A DNA stretch of 64,000 bases from Candidatus Woesearchaeota archaeon (GTDB lineage: Archaea > Nanobdellota > Nanobdellia > SCGC-AAA011-G17 > JACPIM01). Below, piece after piece: positions 38,258 through 49,115 of this stretch (the first letter of the stretch is position 1; every line of letters begins with the position of its first letter). The stretch covers positions 181-64,180 of the forward strand of contig JACPIM010000003.1 in the NCBI GenBank assembly GCA_016188045.1, in the 5' to 3' direction. The notes beneath the pieces are model-generated. The model was not told where the DNA came from, made no database searches, and saw only the letters and a program-made list of their open reading frames with translations. The position numbers and the translations under genes are program-made.

Positions 38258-38848
38258 ATGGAACTTGACGAATTATTATTAAAAACCGCTGGATTTGATC
38301 TTTATTCTGTACATCCTGATAGACCGCATGATGGTTATGAAAGTTTGGGAAGAAAGGGTTTTAAAGACGGGTTTAGATTTAGTCCGTCTGCAGAAGTTGG
38401 TTCTAGATATGTAGAGCAATTGCAAGGATTTCCTTCATACGATACAAATGTATTAATAAGTACACCTTTAGTTATTAATTCTCGTAAAAGAGAACTTGTC
38501 AAACAAGGAAGAAAAGGTTTTCTTGGATTTTTCAAGAGAGATCCGGTTTATAGAGAAGTTAGAGTTGAGTTAAGACCTAAAGCAAATGAAGTTCTAGCTA
38601 ATGGAAATGAAGAGCCAGCATTTGTTATGATGAACAGAACTTATTCACTCGCCACTAAAACCGGAAGAGTTGCGGATTGTCATTTTGCAATTACAAGTCC
38701 AGAATCTATTCATAGAGAACTTGTAAAAGCAGCTGAAGATAATTCTTTATTTCTTAAAAGACTATATGAAAGAGTTTTTCCTGAGATTGTTCATAAAAAT
38801 ATGTATGTTGTTTCTCCAGAAACGAGAGTAGTTAGGATGAATTTTTAA
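38258..38848 (+). CDS. Hypothetical protein
   Basis: 196-aa ORF preceded by a TATA-like sequence. Confidence 0.6.
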   Translation: MELDELLLKTAGFDLYSVHPDRPHDGYESLGRKGFKDGFRFSPSAEVGSRYVEQLQGFPSYDTNVLISTPLVINSRKRELVKQGRKGFLGFFKRDPVYREVRVELRPKANEVLANGNEEPAFVMMNRTYSLATKTGRVADCHFAITSPESIHRELVKAAEDNSLFLKRLYERVFPEIVHKNMYVVSPETRVVRMNF

Positions 38849-38915
38849 AATTTTAGAATCAAGACCATTTGGGAAAAATATAGTTTTTGTTTTGAAAAAC
38901 TAAGATTAATTTTTA

Positions 38916-40640
38916 TTAACCTAAATATGCGGGTGGAAGAACCCAAACCATATGACAATTTATCTCATTCCTAATATTCAAATCAGAACATACAATATTC
39001 TCACATTCATCACGCTTTTTTGAACATTTTTTATCAATCTTACCATCAATAAGAAAAGTGACATCTTGATTAGGACTATAGGGACTACCACTAGAAAGAT
39101 AAGATTTTACCTTAAGATCTTTATAATCAATAAGACCTATGTACTGCATAGCTACACAATTATCTAAATCTTGAATCTCCATATGGAGATAATCAATATT
39201 TTCTTCATGTTGTTGAAATAGGTCCATTAACTTATCAGAGGGATAACTATCTTGATTGCTTTTTTCATACCAATAGGTTGGCCAAATACTAGCGCTTTGA
39301 TCAATACTATCAATTATTTTAGTTCCACTTGAAGTCTGAGTACCTGTTTTGGCACACCCGTTCCATTGCCCATCGTTAGGACCAAAAAAAGAATCAGAAT
39401 GGTCATTACAGATCTTACTTATACCACCAACAATATCAACCCAACTATATGGTTGAGTATGACTAACATCTCCACATTTTAATAAACCACATTCAAATTG
39501 AGTTGGATTATTCATCTCTCTAACAGTTGTAAATGCCTTCCAATTACCCTGAACACAACTCCATTCAATATCAAGACAAACGGGTGGATTCTGATCCTTA
39601 CAAAATTTCATTCCTCCACAAAAAATATTTTCTTCTTTAGGTTGTCCTGTCATTTTGGTATTTGATTCGCAACTAAAAGTGATTATACTCTTTTTGTCGT
39701 CACTACATTTATTTGTATAAATATTTTGACTTCCGGTTGGTCTATAGGTTACTTCAACTACGCCTCTTTCCTTAACTTCCGTACATTCAAATAATTCTTG
39801 TGGTGGATTGAGAGGCGAAGTTTCAGTTGCTTGAGTATGCTGTGATATACAGCCTTTCATTCCTAAGATTGAATTAAATAGGTTTCTGATAGAGCTTGCT
39901 ATTACAGGTAAAGCATCATTTATTGCAGTTCCCAGACCTGATAAATCTGGCGTGCTTGGAGAACTTGGCGTACCAGAAGTATCTTGAGGATTAGTATTAG
40001 AAGTGGTTGTTGAAATTGGTATATCCCAGCTTTTTGGTCCTGGGCAAGGTCCATAAACTCGGCTAGTCATGAGAAAAGGAGATATTTCATTTAAATAAAT
40101 AGAGTTAGTCAAAATTCTTAGGTCATCAAGATTATTATCAACTGTGCAGCTACATTGACCCGCGCTAGGATCTCCAGCAATATTAGCTGATGCCCAAGTA
40201 CACCTTCCTTCAATATGTACAACTTCTTGTGCACTTTCTCTCTGTCCTACTTTATTATTTTGAATTGCGCTAATAATATTACCACAATCGGTATTAGGAT
40301 CTAAGCTTAAATAAATAACTTTATCGCCATTATTTTCAGTATGGACTAGAATTGCATTTTCATTTGGTATTTTTTCATAGCTTAATATATTAGATGTTCC
40401 TGTATATTGTTCTGTGATTTCTCCATAAACTAATAAATTTTCAAAATTGATTTCAGTATCTGCTGGAGAAGGACTATATCTTATAGAAGTAATTCCTGGT
40501 ATGTTATTAACTGATATTTGAACAGGACCGTTGCATTTATCTATCAAAATATTATTATCTTCTTGTGGAAAAACAATACTTGATTCTAAACAAATTAATA
40601 AAAGTAAACATACTAAAAATAGTAAAGTACCTCTTTTCAT
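38916..40640 (-). CDS. Secreted Cys-rich hypothetical protein
   Basis: Signal peptide, many Cys, Thr/Pro/Ser linker. Confidence 0.7.
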   Translation of the reverse strand: MKRGTLLFLVCLLLLICLESSIVFPQEDNNILIDKCNGPVQISVNNIPGITSIRYSPSPADTEINFENLLVYGEITEQYTGTSNILSYEKIPNENAILVHTENNGDKVIYLSLDPNTDCGNIISAIQNNKVGQRESAQEVVHIEGRCTWASANIAGDPSAGQCSCTVDNNLDDLRILTNSIYLNEISPFLMTSRVYGPCPGPKSWDIPISTTTSNTNPQDTSGTPSSPSTPDLSGLGTAINDALPVIASSIRNLFNSILGMKGCISQHTQATETSPLNPPQELFECTEVKERGVVEVTYRPTGSQNIYTNKCSDDKKSIITFSCESNTKMTGQPKEENIFCGGMKFCKDQNPPVCLDIEWSCVQGNWKAFTTVREMNNPTQFECGLLKCGDVSHTQPYSWVDIVGGISKICNDHSDSFFGPNDGQWNGCAKTGTQTSSGTKIIDSIDQSASIWPTYWYEKSNQDSYPSDKLMDLFQQHEENIDYLHMEIQDLDNCVAMQYIGLIDYKDLKVKSYLSSGSPYSPNQDVTFLIDGKIDKKCSKKRDECENIVCSDLNIRNEINCHMVWVLPPAYLG

Positions 40641-40740
40641 TAAGAAATATAAACCTTCTATTTATTTAAATAGTTTCTCCCGTTTGTTATAGTTGTTTAA
40701 TATAGAAAACATTTTAAATTAAATAAACAATTACTTTTCT

Positions 40741-41115
40741 ATGTCTAGAGTCCTTGAAGCCATAACAAGAGTTAGAAGTAATCCTATAAAAAGCAATTTA
40801 CCACCATTAGAGGAGTTTAAACCAAAAATTCAAGTCAAAGAAGAAGAGTTTATCGATGAAAATACTAAAAAACTATTACAAAAACTAGAAAATTTACTTA
40901 AGAGAATTGATGATGCTGAGAGAAAGTTAAAAACTAGTGAAAATTACTTAACTAACTATTCTGAACTACAGGAATTTGAAAAGAAGTTTTTAGAGATATA
41001 TGTTGAATTTGATAAAATAAAACAAGTCGATTTAGAAGAAATACCGGGTTCCTTAATAAACAGAATTAAATTCAGGAAAGAAATAATTGATAGGAAACTA
41101 GTGAAAAGGCGATAA
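40741..41115 (+). CDS. Hypothetical coiled-coil protein
   Basis: 124-aa helical ORF. Confidence 0.55.
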   Translation: MSRVLEAITRVRSNPIKSNLPPLEEFKPKIQVKEEEFIDENTKKLLQKLENLLKRIDDAERKLKTSENYLTNYSELQEFEKKFLEIYVEFDKIKQVDLEEIPGSLINRIKFRKEIIDRKLVKRR

Positions 41116-41164
41116 ATTCTCTTATAAATAAATTTATATTCTAACGGTTTCTTGATATTATTTA

Positions 41165-41902
41165 ATGAAAAAAGGGCAAACAACAATATATGTTGCATTA
41201 GGGTTAGTTTTGATTATGGTAATTGGTGGCTTAGTTTACTTCTTGTCTAGGCAGAATCAAACACCGCCAATTTCTAGTTTAAGGCAACAAAGTGAAGATG
41301 TTAAAAATTTAATAAAAACCTGTTTTGAGGAAAACTTGCTACAAGCCTTATATTTGGTGGGTGTACAAGGAGGGCATATAAAAGGAAATGAAAAAAGCGT
41401 TGCTATTAATAGTGAATTAAGCGTTGGTTATGGTTATTATGAAGGAGAAGATGTCTTAGTAACAAATAATGAAATTGTTAATGAAGTTACTAACTATCTG
41501 AACTTTGCCGTTTCTAGATGTGCTGATTTTTCAAGATTTAATAGTTTTGATATTAAAAAATTAGGAGAAGCAAGATCTAGAATTGATATATTTGATGATA
41601 AGGTAGTTGGAAGATTAAGCTATCCTGTTTCTGTAAGTAAAGGAGATGAGATAATTAATTATGATGAATTGTATATTGCTGAATATGGAATAAGGTTGGG
41701 AAAAATGCTAAAAACTGCTAAAGGTATAATTGAAAATGAGAAAATAAATCCTGATTTTATAGATATAGATTTTTTGAAAGAAGCTGATTTGAATATTAGG
41801 ATATATGATATTGATGTTAATACTAACTTATATATAATTACAGATGATCAATCTGTTGTAAATGGAGTTCAATATGTATTTGAATTTGCGAATAAGTTTT
41901 AG
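41165..41902 (+). CDS. Pilin-signal (class III) protein, paralog 1
   Basis: MKKGQ followed by a hydrophobic helix; ends YVFEFANKF. Confidence 0.75.
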   Translation: MKKGQTTIYVALGLVLIMVIGGLVYFLSRQNQTPPISSLRQQSEDVKNLIKTCFEENLLQALYLVGVQGGHIKGNEKSVAINSELSVGYGYYEGEDVLVTNNEIVNEVTNYLNFAVSRCADFSRFNSFDIKKLGEARSRIDIFDDKVVGRLSYPVSVSKGDEIINYDELYIAEYGIRLGKMLKTAKGIIENEKINPDFIDIDFLKEADLNIRIYDIDVNTNLYIITDDQSVVNGVQYVFEFANKF

Positions 41903-41956
41903 AGCCTTTCTTTTAGAAAAAGAAAGCTTCGGGAAAGAAAATAAAAAATAAGCAGA

Positions 41957-43225
41957 ATGATAAACAAGAAGATTATTTTGGCTTTTATCTTTGTTTTAAT
42001 TAGTCTGGTTTTTGCTAGTGCTGAAAATGATTTTTTTCAAATTAAAAATGGATTAAATGTAAATGGACTGGGAAGTTTTGAAAGCAATTTACCTGAAAGC
42101 AGCGTAATAAACGGAAATGTAACTAAAGTAGGAAATGAATATATTATTGAATTATTGGAAGGAGAGAAATTTGTTCCTGAAAAAAAATATGTGAACAATA
42201 TTTTTGGAATTATTAATTTTAGAACTTTAGTTAAAGTTAATTTATTAGAAAATGGAGAGAAAGCTGTTATTACTGGAGATGGAAGTTTAACCTTGCCGGC
42301 TATTAGAGGATATATAATCAAAGGAAGCAATATGAATCTGACTTTGAAAAATGGTGTCTTTTCTGAGATTAAAAGTTTAGAAATAAACGGAGATTCTAGT
42401 TTTGAGTTTAATGGAATAAATTTGTATATACCAGAAGGCGTTGTTTTTAATGATGTTAAAATCGTTGGTAATGTTGTTAAGAGCTTTACTTTAAGGAATA
42501 AGTTAGATAAAGATATTAGCAAAATTGATGTTGACAAAATAAAAGATATTAGGATTAAAGAAGGAAATGAGAATTATATTAAAATCAATTCTGATGGAAA
42601 AGTAGGATATGAATTAACTGGTGAAGGAGCTAGTATAGGAGAATTGTACGAATTAAAAGAAGAACAAAAGTTGACTGTTGATAGTTCTGGAAAAATTTCT
42701 GTTCCTGGTGTTGAGGAAAAAATCATTACTTTGAAAAGTGGAAACAGGGAAGTTTTGATAAATAAACTTGAAAGTGATGTTAGAGGAGTAAAAGAAGTTA
42801 AGCCTTTTGCCAGAGGTGATGTTAAAGTTGTTGATCCTGGACAAAGCATTAGAGACATTGAAGGCGCGGCTGTTCAATTTGGAGAAGACAAAGATGATAA
42901 ATTAAACTTGGTTTTTAAGGATTTTAGCGCTGCAGATATTATTGGATATGGAAAGATTGAAAATGGAAAACCCTATCCTTCGAGAATTAGTTTTGATGTT
43001 GGGACTACTTCTTTTGTTAATAGGGTTGTTTTTTATAATGGGAATAAAAAGATTGAACAAGTTTATGAAGGAAATGGCTGGAAAGAGATAAGTTCTGGTA
43101 AAATTGTCAAAACTAAATTAGATGATGGGGTTTCTAATGATGAAAATGTTGCTGATGTTCTAAGTTTATTGGGCGATATTAGGGGTATTGGAAGAGGGGC
43201 GTTTTTGGAATATCGAAAAATTTAA
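41957..43225 (+). CDS. Secreted beta-rich hypothetical protein
   Basis: Signal peptide MINKKIILAFIFVLISLVFASA. Confidence 0.7.
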   Translation: MINKKIILAFIFVLISLVFASAENDFFQIKNGLNVNGLGSFESNLPESSVINGNVTKVGNEYIIELLEGEKFVPEKKYVNNIFGIINFRTLVKVNLLENGEKAVITGDGSLTLPAIRGYIIKGSNMNLTLKNGVFSEIKSLEINGDSSFEFNGINLYIPEGVVFNDVKIVGNVVKSFTLRNKLDKDISKIDVDKIKDIRIKEGNENYIKINSDGKVGYELTGEGASIGELYELKEEQKLTVDSSGKISVPGVEEKIITLKSGNREVLINKLESDVRGVKEVKPFARGDVKVVDPGQSIRDIEGAAVQFGEDKDDKLNLVFKDFSAADIIGYGKIENGKPYPSRISFDVGTTSFVNRVVFYNGNKKIEQVYEGNGWKEISSGKIVKTKLDDGVSNDENVADVLSLLGDIRGIGRGAFLEYRKI

Positions 43226-43267
43226 ATATAACTTGATGTTATATTTTATATAACTAAAGGTGTAATA

Positions 43268-43465
43268 ATGGAAGCTTTAACAAAAACTAGGAAAATTGGG
43301 GGGTCTTTGGTAGTTACCATACCCAAAATTATAGTTGAAGGAGAAGGACTTATAGAAGATCAAATGGTTAAGATAGAAGTTGAAAAAATTAAGAAAAGTG
43401 GATTTGGATTACTTAGGGGTATGAGGTCCTTTACTAAAGAGGATGAGCTTGATGCCCATGAATAA
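43268..43465 (+). CDS. AbrB-like antitoxin
   Basis: KTRKIGGSLVVTIPK. Confidence 0.85.
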   Translation: MEALTKTRKIGGSLVVTIPKIIVEGEGLIEDQMVKIEVEKIKKSGFGLLRGMRSFTKEDELDAHE

Positions 43466-43844
43466 ATATGTTATTGATACATATGCTTGGGTTGAATATT
43501 TTATAGGTAGTGAAAAGGGGGAGAGAGTTAAACAATTTGTTGAGACATCTGAAAATGAAATCTTCACGTCTATTGTAACTATAGCAGAAATAACTAGTAT
43601 TACCAAAAGAGAAAATAGAGATGCTGAACAGATATATTTAAAGATTATTGATTTATCTACTGTTTATGGTTTAGATAAAGAATTCTCAAAAGAAGGCGGC
43701 TTATTACATGCAGAGATAAAGAAAAAAATAAAAGATTTTGGTTTAATAGATGCTTTTATCTTATTAACTGCTAGAAAATTAAATGCAAAAGTTATTACAG
43801 GAGATAAGCATTTTAAAGGTTTTAAAGAGGCAATTTTGATATAG
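43458..43844 (+). CDS. PIN-domain (VapC) toxin
   Basis: YVIDTYAWVEY, GLIDAFI, ITGDKHF. Confidence 0.88.
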   Translation: MNKYVIDTYAWVEYFIGSEKGERVKQFVETSENEIFTSIVTIAEITSITKRENRDAEQIYLKIIDLSTVYGLDKEFSKEGGLLHAEIKKKIKDFGLIDAFILLTARKLNAKVITGDKHFKGFKEAILI

Positions 43845-43902
43845 TTAAATTTATCATTACAAAAAAGAAAAATTTATAAATCTGTAATGGTAAAATAGTT
43901 TT

Positions 43903-44841
43903 ATGTTTTTTACAAATAAGACCATAAACGGTAAGAAGTACAAGTATGTTGTAGAATCAGTTAGATTACCAAATGGAAAAGTAAAAACTCTAGAAAAAAT
44001 ATATAAGAATGAAACTAAAGAAGAGTTAAATACCTTCTTTGAGGAAAAAGAAAAGCTAGAGAATATAAAATATGCTTTGGAGAAATTTAAAATTGATCAT
44101 ATCATTACAAAAGAACAATTAGAAAAAATAGAGAGAATAAGATTAGATTATAGAAAACTTTTAAGAAAACTATCAAAAGAAAATATTAAAGATTTATTAG
44201 ATAGATTTACCTGTAATTTCACTTATGAAAGCAACGCTTTAGAAGGAAATTCTTTAACTTTAAAAGATGTTGCTATTATACTGTTTGAAAAATTATCTAT
44301 TGAAGGAAAAGATTTAAGGGAGATATATGAAACAAGTAATTCAAGAAAGGTCGTTGATTTATTATTTAAAAATAGTTTTAATATTTCTCACAAAGATATA
44401 ATCAGGATGCATAAGATTCTTATGAATGATATTGATACTAGGGTCTCTTATAAAAAAATTCCAAACATTATTCTCGGCAGTAAAGTGAAAACTGTTGCGC
44501 CTGAAAAAGTCTATAGCGCAATGGATGATTTGATAAAATGGTATGATGGGAATAAGGAAAATGTTCATCCTATTAGGTTGGCTGCTTTGTTTCATGGAAA
44601 ATTTGAACAGATTCATCCTTTCGAAGATGGAAATGGAAGAGTTGGTAGGTTTTTGATTAATATCATATTACTAAAGAATAAATATCCCCCTTTGGTAATA
44701 AGAAAAAGCCAAAGAATAGCTTATTTAAAAACACTAAGTGATCTTGATAATGGTTATTATGATAATTTAGAGAGGTTTATTTTGGAGCGATTTAAAGAAA
44801 CATATAATAAATTCTTTGGAGTTTATGTAAAGTATGTCTAG
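43903..44841 (+). CDS. Fic-domain protein
   Basis: HPFEDGNGRVGR; inhibitory-helix-like SNALEGN. Confidence 0.92.
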   Translation: MFFTNKTINGKKYKYVVESVRLPNGKVKTLEKIYKNETKEELNTFFEEKEKLENIKYALEKFKIDHIITKEQLEKIERIRLDYRKLLRKLSKENIKDLLDRFTCNFTYESNALEGNSLTLKDVAIILFEKLSIEGKDLREIYETSNSRKVVDLLFKNSFNISHKDIIRMHKILMNDIDTRVSYKKIPNIILGSKVKTVAPEKVYSAMDDLIKWYDGNKENVHPIRLAALFHGKFEQIHPFEDGNGRVGRFLINIILLKNKYPPLVIRKSQRIAYLKTLSDLDNGYYDNLERFILERFKETYNKFFGVYVKYV

Positions 44842-44876
44842 AAAAGCTTATATTTTGTTGAAATATCAATATTTAT

Positions 44877-45653
44877 ATGTTTAAAAAAGGACAAGTAAGT
44901 ATTTCTGTAGTTATTGGTGTGGTGTTATTAATTTTAATTGGGATGTTGGTTGTTTTGTATCAACAAGGATATTTTTCTAGACTTTCGGAAGTTCCTAAAA
45001 GTACGGTATTAAAAGGTCAAGCTGAAGATGTTAAAGTTGTATTAGGACAATGTTTTAAAGATAAGTTCTTACAAGCGGTTTACATGGTTGGATTAACCGG
45101 AGGGCATTTAGCTACTCCTAATCCTAGATTAAACTTAGCTAGAGGGTTAGATGTTGGTTATGGCTATTTTTTAGGAGGAAACGAATTACCTAATAGGGAA
45201 GAAGTTGAGCTTGAGATTAGTGACTTTTTGAATTTTGCTGTTCCTGATTGTTTGAACTCTATTGAAATTAAAGAATTTACAATTGTTAATAGCTCTGTTC
45301 CTAGTACCAGGGTTAATATTTATGATAATAAAGTTGAAGCTAAATTAAGTTATAATCTAGTTGTAAGTAAAGAAGGGGTTAAATACACTTATGATAATAT
45401 ATATGATTCAAGTTATGATATAAGATTAGGAAGATTACATAAATTTGCTCTGGATATTACTAACAAAGAGATTGATGATCCCGATTTTATTCCTTTTGAT
45501 TTTATTGAGAACTTTATTGATGAAAATGGAGTTTTAGTTGATATTATTGATATTGATGGAAATACTGATTTGAATGTTTATGTAATTTATGATGAAAAAT
45601 CAAATATAAACGGGGTGCCTTATGTTTTTGAATTTGCGAATAAATTTAGTTAA
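44877..45653 (+). CDS. Pilin-signal (class III) protein, paralog 2
   Basis: FKKGQ followed by a hydrophobic helix; ends YVFEFANKFS. Confidence 0.75.
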   Translation: MFKKGQVSISVVIGVVLLILIGMLVVLYQQGYFSRLSEVPKSTVLKGQAEDVKVVLGQCFKDKFLQAVYMVGLTGGHLATPNPRLNLARGLDVGYGYFLGGNELPNREEVELEISDFLNFAVPDCLNSIEIKEFTIVNSSVPSTRVNIYDNKVEAKLSYNLVVSKEGVKYTYDNIYDSSYDIRLGRLHKFALDITNKEIDDPDFIPFDFIENFIDENGVLVDIIDIDGNTDLNVYVIYDEKSNINGVPYVFEFANKFS

Positions 45654-47515
45654 TGTGTAAAATGAAAAATAAGATTAGAGGAATAAGAGAAATTTCACTG
45701 TTTTTAATAATTGTTTTAGTTTTTTCTATCATTGGTTTTAGTTGGGATGTGAGTGCTGCGGTTAGTAAGTCTCCAAATAATCTGGTTGTTATAAATATGC
45801 AGCAAGGACAGAAATGCGGGATTGAGGTTGGTAAGGAAGAAGAGTTCGCAAAATATGAAGCAGATGTAGAAAACGGTGGCAATGGATTAGTAAATTCTTT
45901 TGATAAGGTTAAAGATAAAACTAAAGATATACATCTTGCAATGAATCCTGGTTTTAATGGTATAGATAAAGCGACCGAAGAGGCTATTAAAACAAGATGT
46001 CATGAGAATGTTTTTAATTTAGCTAAACAAGTAAGTAATAAGCCAGATAGTTTTAGTGGTAAAATTAATTTTGAAAAAGGAGAGTTAAAAGAGTTTAAAA
46101 ATTTCCAATTTGAAAAATTGGATAAGCCATTGAAGATAGGCGGATTTGGGGAAATAAAAGGCGATGGTGGGATAAATACCGCTGAAGATATAAATAATCT
46201 TGTTCTTGATAATGGTGGTAGTTTTAAGTTTGATGAAAACGCTTTTGGTAAAGTAAACACTAAATTAAATAAATTAGGTAAAGGTAATTGGTACCTTCAA
46301 AATGGGGATAATAGTATAAATATTGAAGGGGGAGGGTTAATTAATATTAAAGGGGCAAATGGTTGGGAGAATAATCCACTTAATGTTAAAAGTTTTAAAG
46401 CCACATTAGATAAGAATGGGAATTATGTTAATTATTTCAATGCAAAACTAGATGATAGCCTGTTTGATAATAAAAATCCATATAGGACAATAGATTTAAA
46501 CGGTAGATTTGCAGATTTAACAAAAAATACAAATTTAGGGGCTAATTTTAATGAGAAGGGTTTGCTTACTGAAATGAGAATAAATGCTGTCGGTGGCGAT
46601 GTTAATGGCTTTGGTTATGATGGCATTAAAGGAATTGATATTGATACAAATAGTTTTGTTAACTTAAAACCGGCAGCATATAATGATCAAGGTGGGCAAT
46701 ATAGACTTTTTGCTAGTAAGGAATATAGTACTTCTTGGCAATTTGATAAAAATAATGCGGATGTTAAATATCTGTTAAGTAATAATGAAGGAGATTTACT
46801 TGTTAATACTAATGGAAAGGAAGTAACTTCTGCTTCCTTGGATAACACACAGGGGCATAGTTTTTTGGTTAAAAAAGAACTAGTTGAAGTATCCAAATTA
46901 ACTAAAATGTCCGCTACTGCGCCAGCTACACGACCTGCAGTTAATACTCCTTTGGATATAGCAAAGGAGAGAATAAATCTTATCACTTCTGGTGATCCTA
47001 ATCATATTGGTAAAATTAGAAATCCAGCAATACAATTTGTAACAAAAAATGGTGAAACTGGTTTAATTATGAATGATAAGGTTACCAATATGAATATACT
47101 TGGGAATACTAAGTCCTTGGCTAATGTGCAGGATGGTGTCTTTGAGATAGGAAGAGACTTAAGAGGGTCTCCATTATCGCAGATTGCACATGTGGAAAAC
47201 AATGGTGTTCTCAGGACATATGATATTAATCCACAAACAGGACAAATTAGAGATTTAAAGGAGACTCTTGTTAAAACTGATGTTAGAAAAGAGGAAATCC
47301 GTAATTTGTTTACTGGCAAAAAAGAACTTATTGGTGATGTTTCTAGTAAGAGTGCTCCTAGTAAGATAGGTTCAGGTGCAACTGAAAAATCCGGTAATGG
47401 ATTAACTTGGCTACTAGTAATAGGTGGTGTTGGTGCTGTTGCTGCTTATGCATTTTCTAAATCAGGAGATAAAGACAAAGATAAAAACAAAGAAAAGGAT
47501 GTTAAGAATAAGTAA
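45653..47515 (+). CDS. Large surface protein with C-terminal membrane anchor
   Basis: Signal peptide; Asn/Gly-rich body; TM (LTWLLVIGGVGAVAAYAF) and charged tail. Confidence 0.7.
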   Translation: MCKMKNKIRGIREISLFLIIVLVFSIIGFSWDVSAAVSKSPNNLVVINMQQGQKCGIEVGKEEEFAKYEADVENGGNGLVNSFDKVKDKTKDIHLAMNPGFNGIDKATEEAIKTRCHENVFNLAKQVSNKPDSFSGKINFEKGELKEFKNFQFEKLDKPLKIGGFGEIKGDGGINTAEDINNLVLDNGGSFKFDENAFGKVNTKLNKLGKGNWYLQNGDNSINIEGGGLINIKGANGWENNPLNVKSFKATLDKNGNYVNYFNAKLDDSLFDNKNPYRTIDLNGRFADLTKNTNLGANFNEKGLLTEMRINAVGGDVNGFGYDGIKGIDIDTNSFVNLKPAAYNDQGGQYRLFASKEYSTSWQFDKNNADVKYLLSNNEGDLLVNTNGKEVTSASLDNTQGHSFLVKKELVEVSKLTKMSATAPATRPAVNTPLDIAKERINLITSGDPNHIGKIRNPAIQFVTKNGETGLIMNDKVTNMNILGNTKSLANVQDGVFEIGRDLRGSPLSQIAHVENNGVLRTYDINPQTGQIRDLKETLVKTDVRKEEIRNLFTGKKELIGDVSSKSAPSKIGSGATEKSGNGLTWLLVIGGVGAVAAYAFSKSGDKDKDKNKEKDVKNK

Positions 47516-47527
47516 ATTCATTTTTGG

Positions 47528-47704
47528 TTAATATTTATTCTTGGATGCCTCAATCATTTTTTGTGTTTCATCTTCAAAAGGAAATTCTTCATCACATTTG
47601 GTGCATCTTTCGCCCTTTACCACAAAAACGTAATTTTCTATTTCCATTATAACATTATCTACTTTAATTAATTCTCCTTTTTCACATGATGGACAGGTTT
47701 TCAT
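47528..47704 (-). CDS. YgiT/MqsA-type Zn-finger small protein (possibly truncated)
   Basis: Manual translation MKTCPSCEKGEL...VKGERCTKCDEEF. Confidence 0.6.
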   Translation of the reverse strand: MKTCPSCEKGELIKVDNVIMEIENYVFVVKGERCTKCDEEFPFEDETQKMIEASKNKY

Positions 47705-47762
47705 CTTTTCATAATTTTTAAATTTGTTAAGCTTTATAAATGTAGTTTTCTAGGATTTTATT

Positions 47763-49103
47763 ATGGTTTTAGACAAATTAGGAGATTCATTAAAAAGCAT
47801 ATTAAAAAAGATAGCTAGAGCCGGGTCGATTGATAAAAAATTAATAGACGAGCTAGTCAAAGAAATTCAAAAAGCCCTATTATATGCTGATGTTAATGTA
47901 AAATTAGTTTTTGAGTTAACAAATAAAATTAAAGAAAGAGCATTAAATGAAAAAGTTCCTAGTGCGGTAACACAAAAAGAATATTTGATTAACATTGTTT
48001 ATGAGGAATTGGTTAGATTCCTTGGTGAAGAGAAAAAAGAATTGAATTTAAAAAACAAACCCAGCAAAATAATGTTTGTTGGTTTATACGGTAGTGGTAA
48101 AACAACTACAATTTCAAAATTGGGGAAATACTATCAAAACAGAGGAAAAAAAGTTGCTTTTTTAGCTTTAGATGTTCATAGGCCCGCTGCGATAGATCAG
48201 TTAGAGCAATTAGGTAATAAATTAAAGATTAAGGTTTTTTCAGATAGAAAAGAAAAAGATCCTGTTAAAGTTTATAAGAAGTTTAAAGAAGAATTAAACA
48301 AATTTGATCTTGTTTTTATAGATACTGCTGGAAGAGATGCCTTAAGCAAGGAATTGATCAAGGAAATTGAAGATTTGAATAAAGAGATAAAGCCTGATGA
48401 AAGAATACTCGTGATAAGTGCAGATATAGGGCAAGCTGCTGAAAAACAAGCTAAACAGTTTCATGAGTCTGTGAATATTACGGGAGTAATTGCAAGCAAG
48501 ATGGATGGAACTGCTAAGGCTGGAGGGGCTTTAGTTGCATGTGCTGTTTCTAAAGCACCCATAAAGTTTATTGGTGTTGGTGAAAAAGTTGATGACTTAG
48601 AAGAATTTAATCCTAAAGGTTTTGTTGGAAGATTATTGGGACTGGGTGATTTAGAGGCTTTATTGGAAAAAGCCAAAGTTGCTATTGATGAAGAAAAAGC
48701 TGAAGATTTGGGAAAGAAATTATTGAAAGGGGAGTTTAACTTTTTAGATTTATATGAACAGATGCAGGCAATGAGTAAACTTGGACCGTTAAATAAAATT
48801 TTAGATATGATTCCTGGAATGGGCAATTTGAATATTCCAAAAGAAATGTTGGATGTACAGGAAGAAAAATTAGAGAAGTGGAAATATATTATGCAATCTA
48901 TGAACAAAAAAGAATTAGAAGATCCAGAAATAATTGATAGTGATAGAATTGAGAGGATTGCAAAGGGGTCTGGAACTACCGCTCATGATGTTAGGGAATT
49001 ATTAAAACAATATAGACAAGCTAAAAAATTAATGAAAGTTATGAAAGGAAAAGATCCTAGTAAATTAATGAAGAAATTTAAAGGAAAATTTCCTGGGCTC
49101 TAA
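47763..49103 (+). CDS. srp54: Signal recognition particle protein SRP54
   Basis: GLYGSGKTTT, DTAGR, SKMDG, GRLLGLGD, M domain. Confidence 0.96.
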   Translation: MVLDKLGDSLKSILKKIARAGSIDKKLIDELVKEIQKALLYADVNVKLVFELTNKIKERALNEKVPSAVTQKEYLINIVYEELVRFLGEEKKELNLKNKPSKIMFVGLYGSGKTTTISKLGKYYQNRGKKVAFLALDVHRPAAIDQLEQLGNKLKIKVFSDRKEKDPVKVYKKFKEELNKFDLVFIDTAGRDALSKELIKEIEDLNKEIKPDERILVISADIGQAAEKQAKQFHESVNITGVIASKMDGTAKAGGALVACAVSKAPIKFIGVGEKVDDLEEFNPKGFVGRLLGLGDLEALLEKAKVAIDEEKAEDLGKKLLKGEFNFLDLYEQMQAMSKLGPLNKILDMIPGMGNLNIPKEMLDVQEEKLEKWKYIMQSMNKKELEDPEIIDSDRIERIAKGSGTTAHDVRELLKQYRQAKKLMKVMKGKDPSKLMKKFKGKFPGL

Positions 49104-49115
49104 ATTGCATTTCTT

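Noticed and set aside
43268-44841. VapBC plus Fic as a novel defence system
   Set aside because: Both are standard modules and nothing in the sequence links them functionally.
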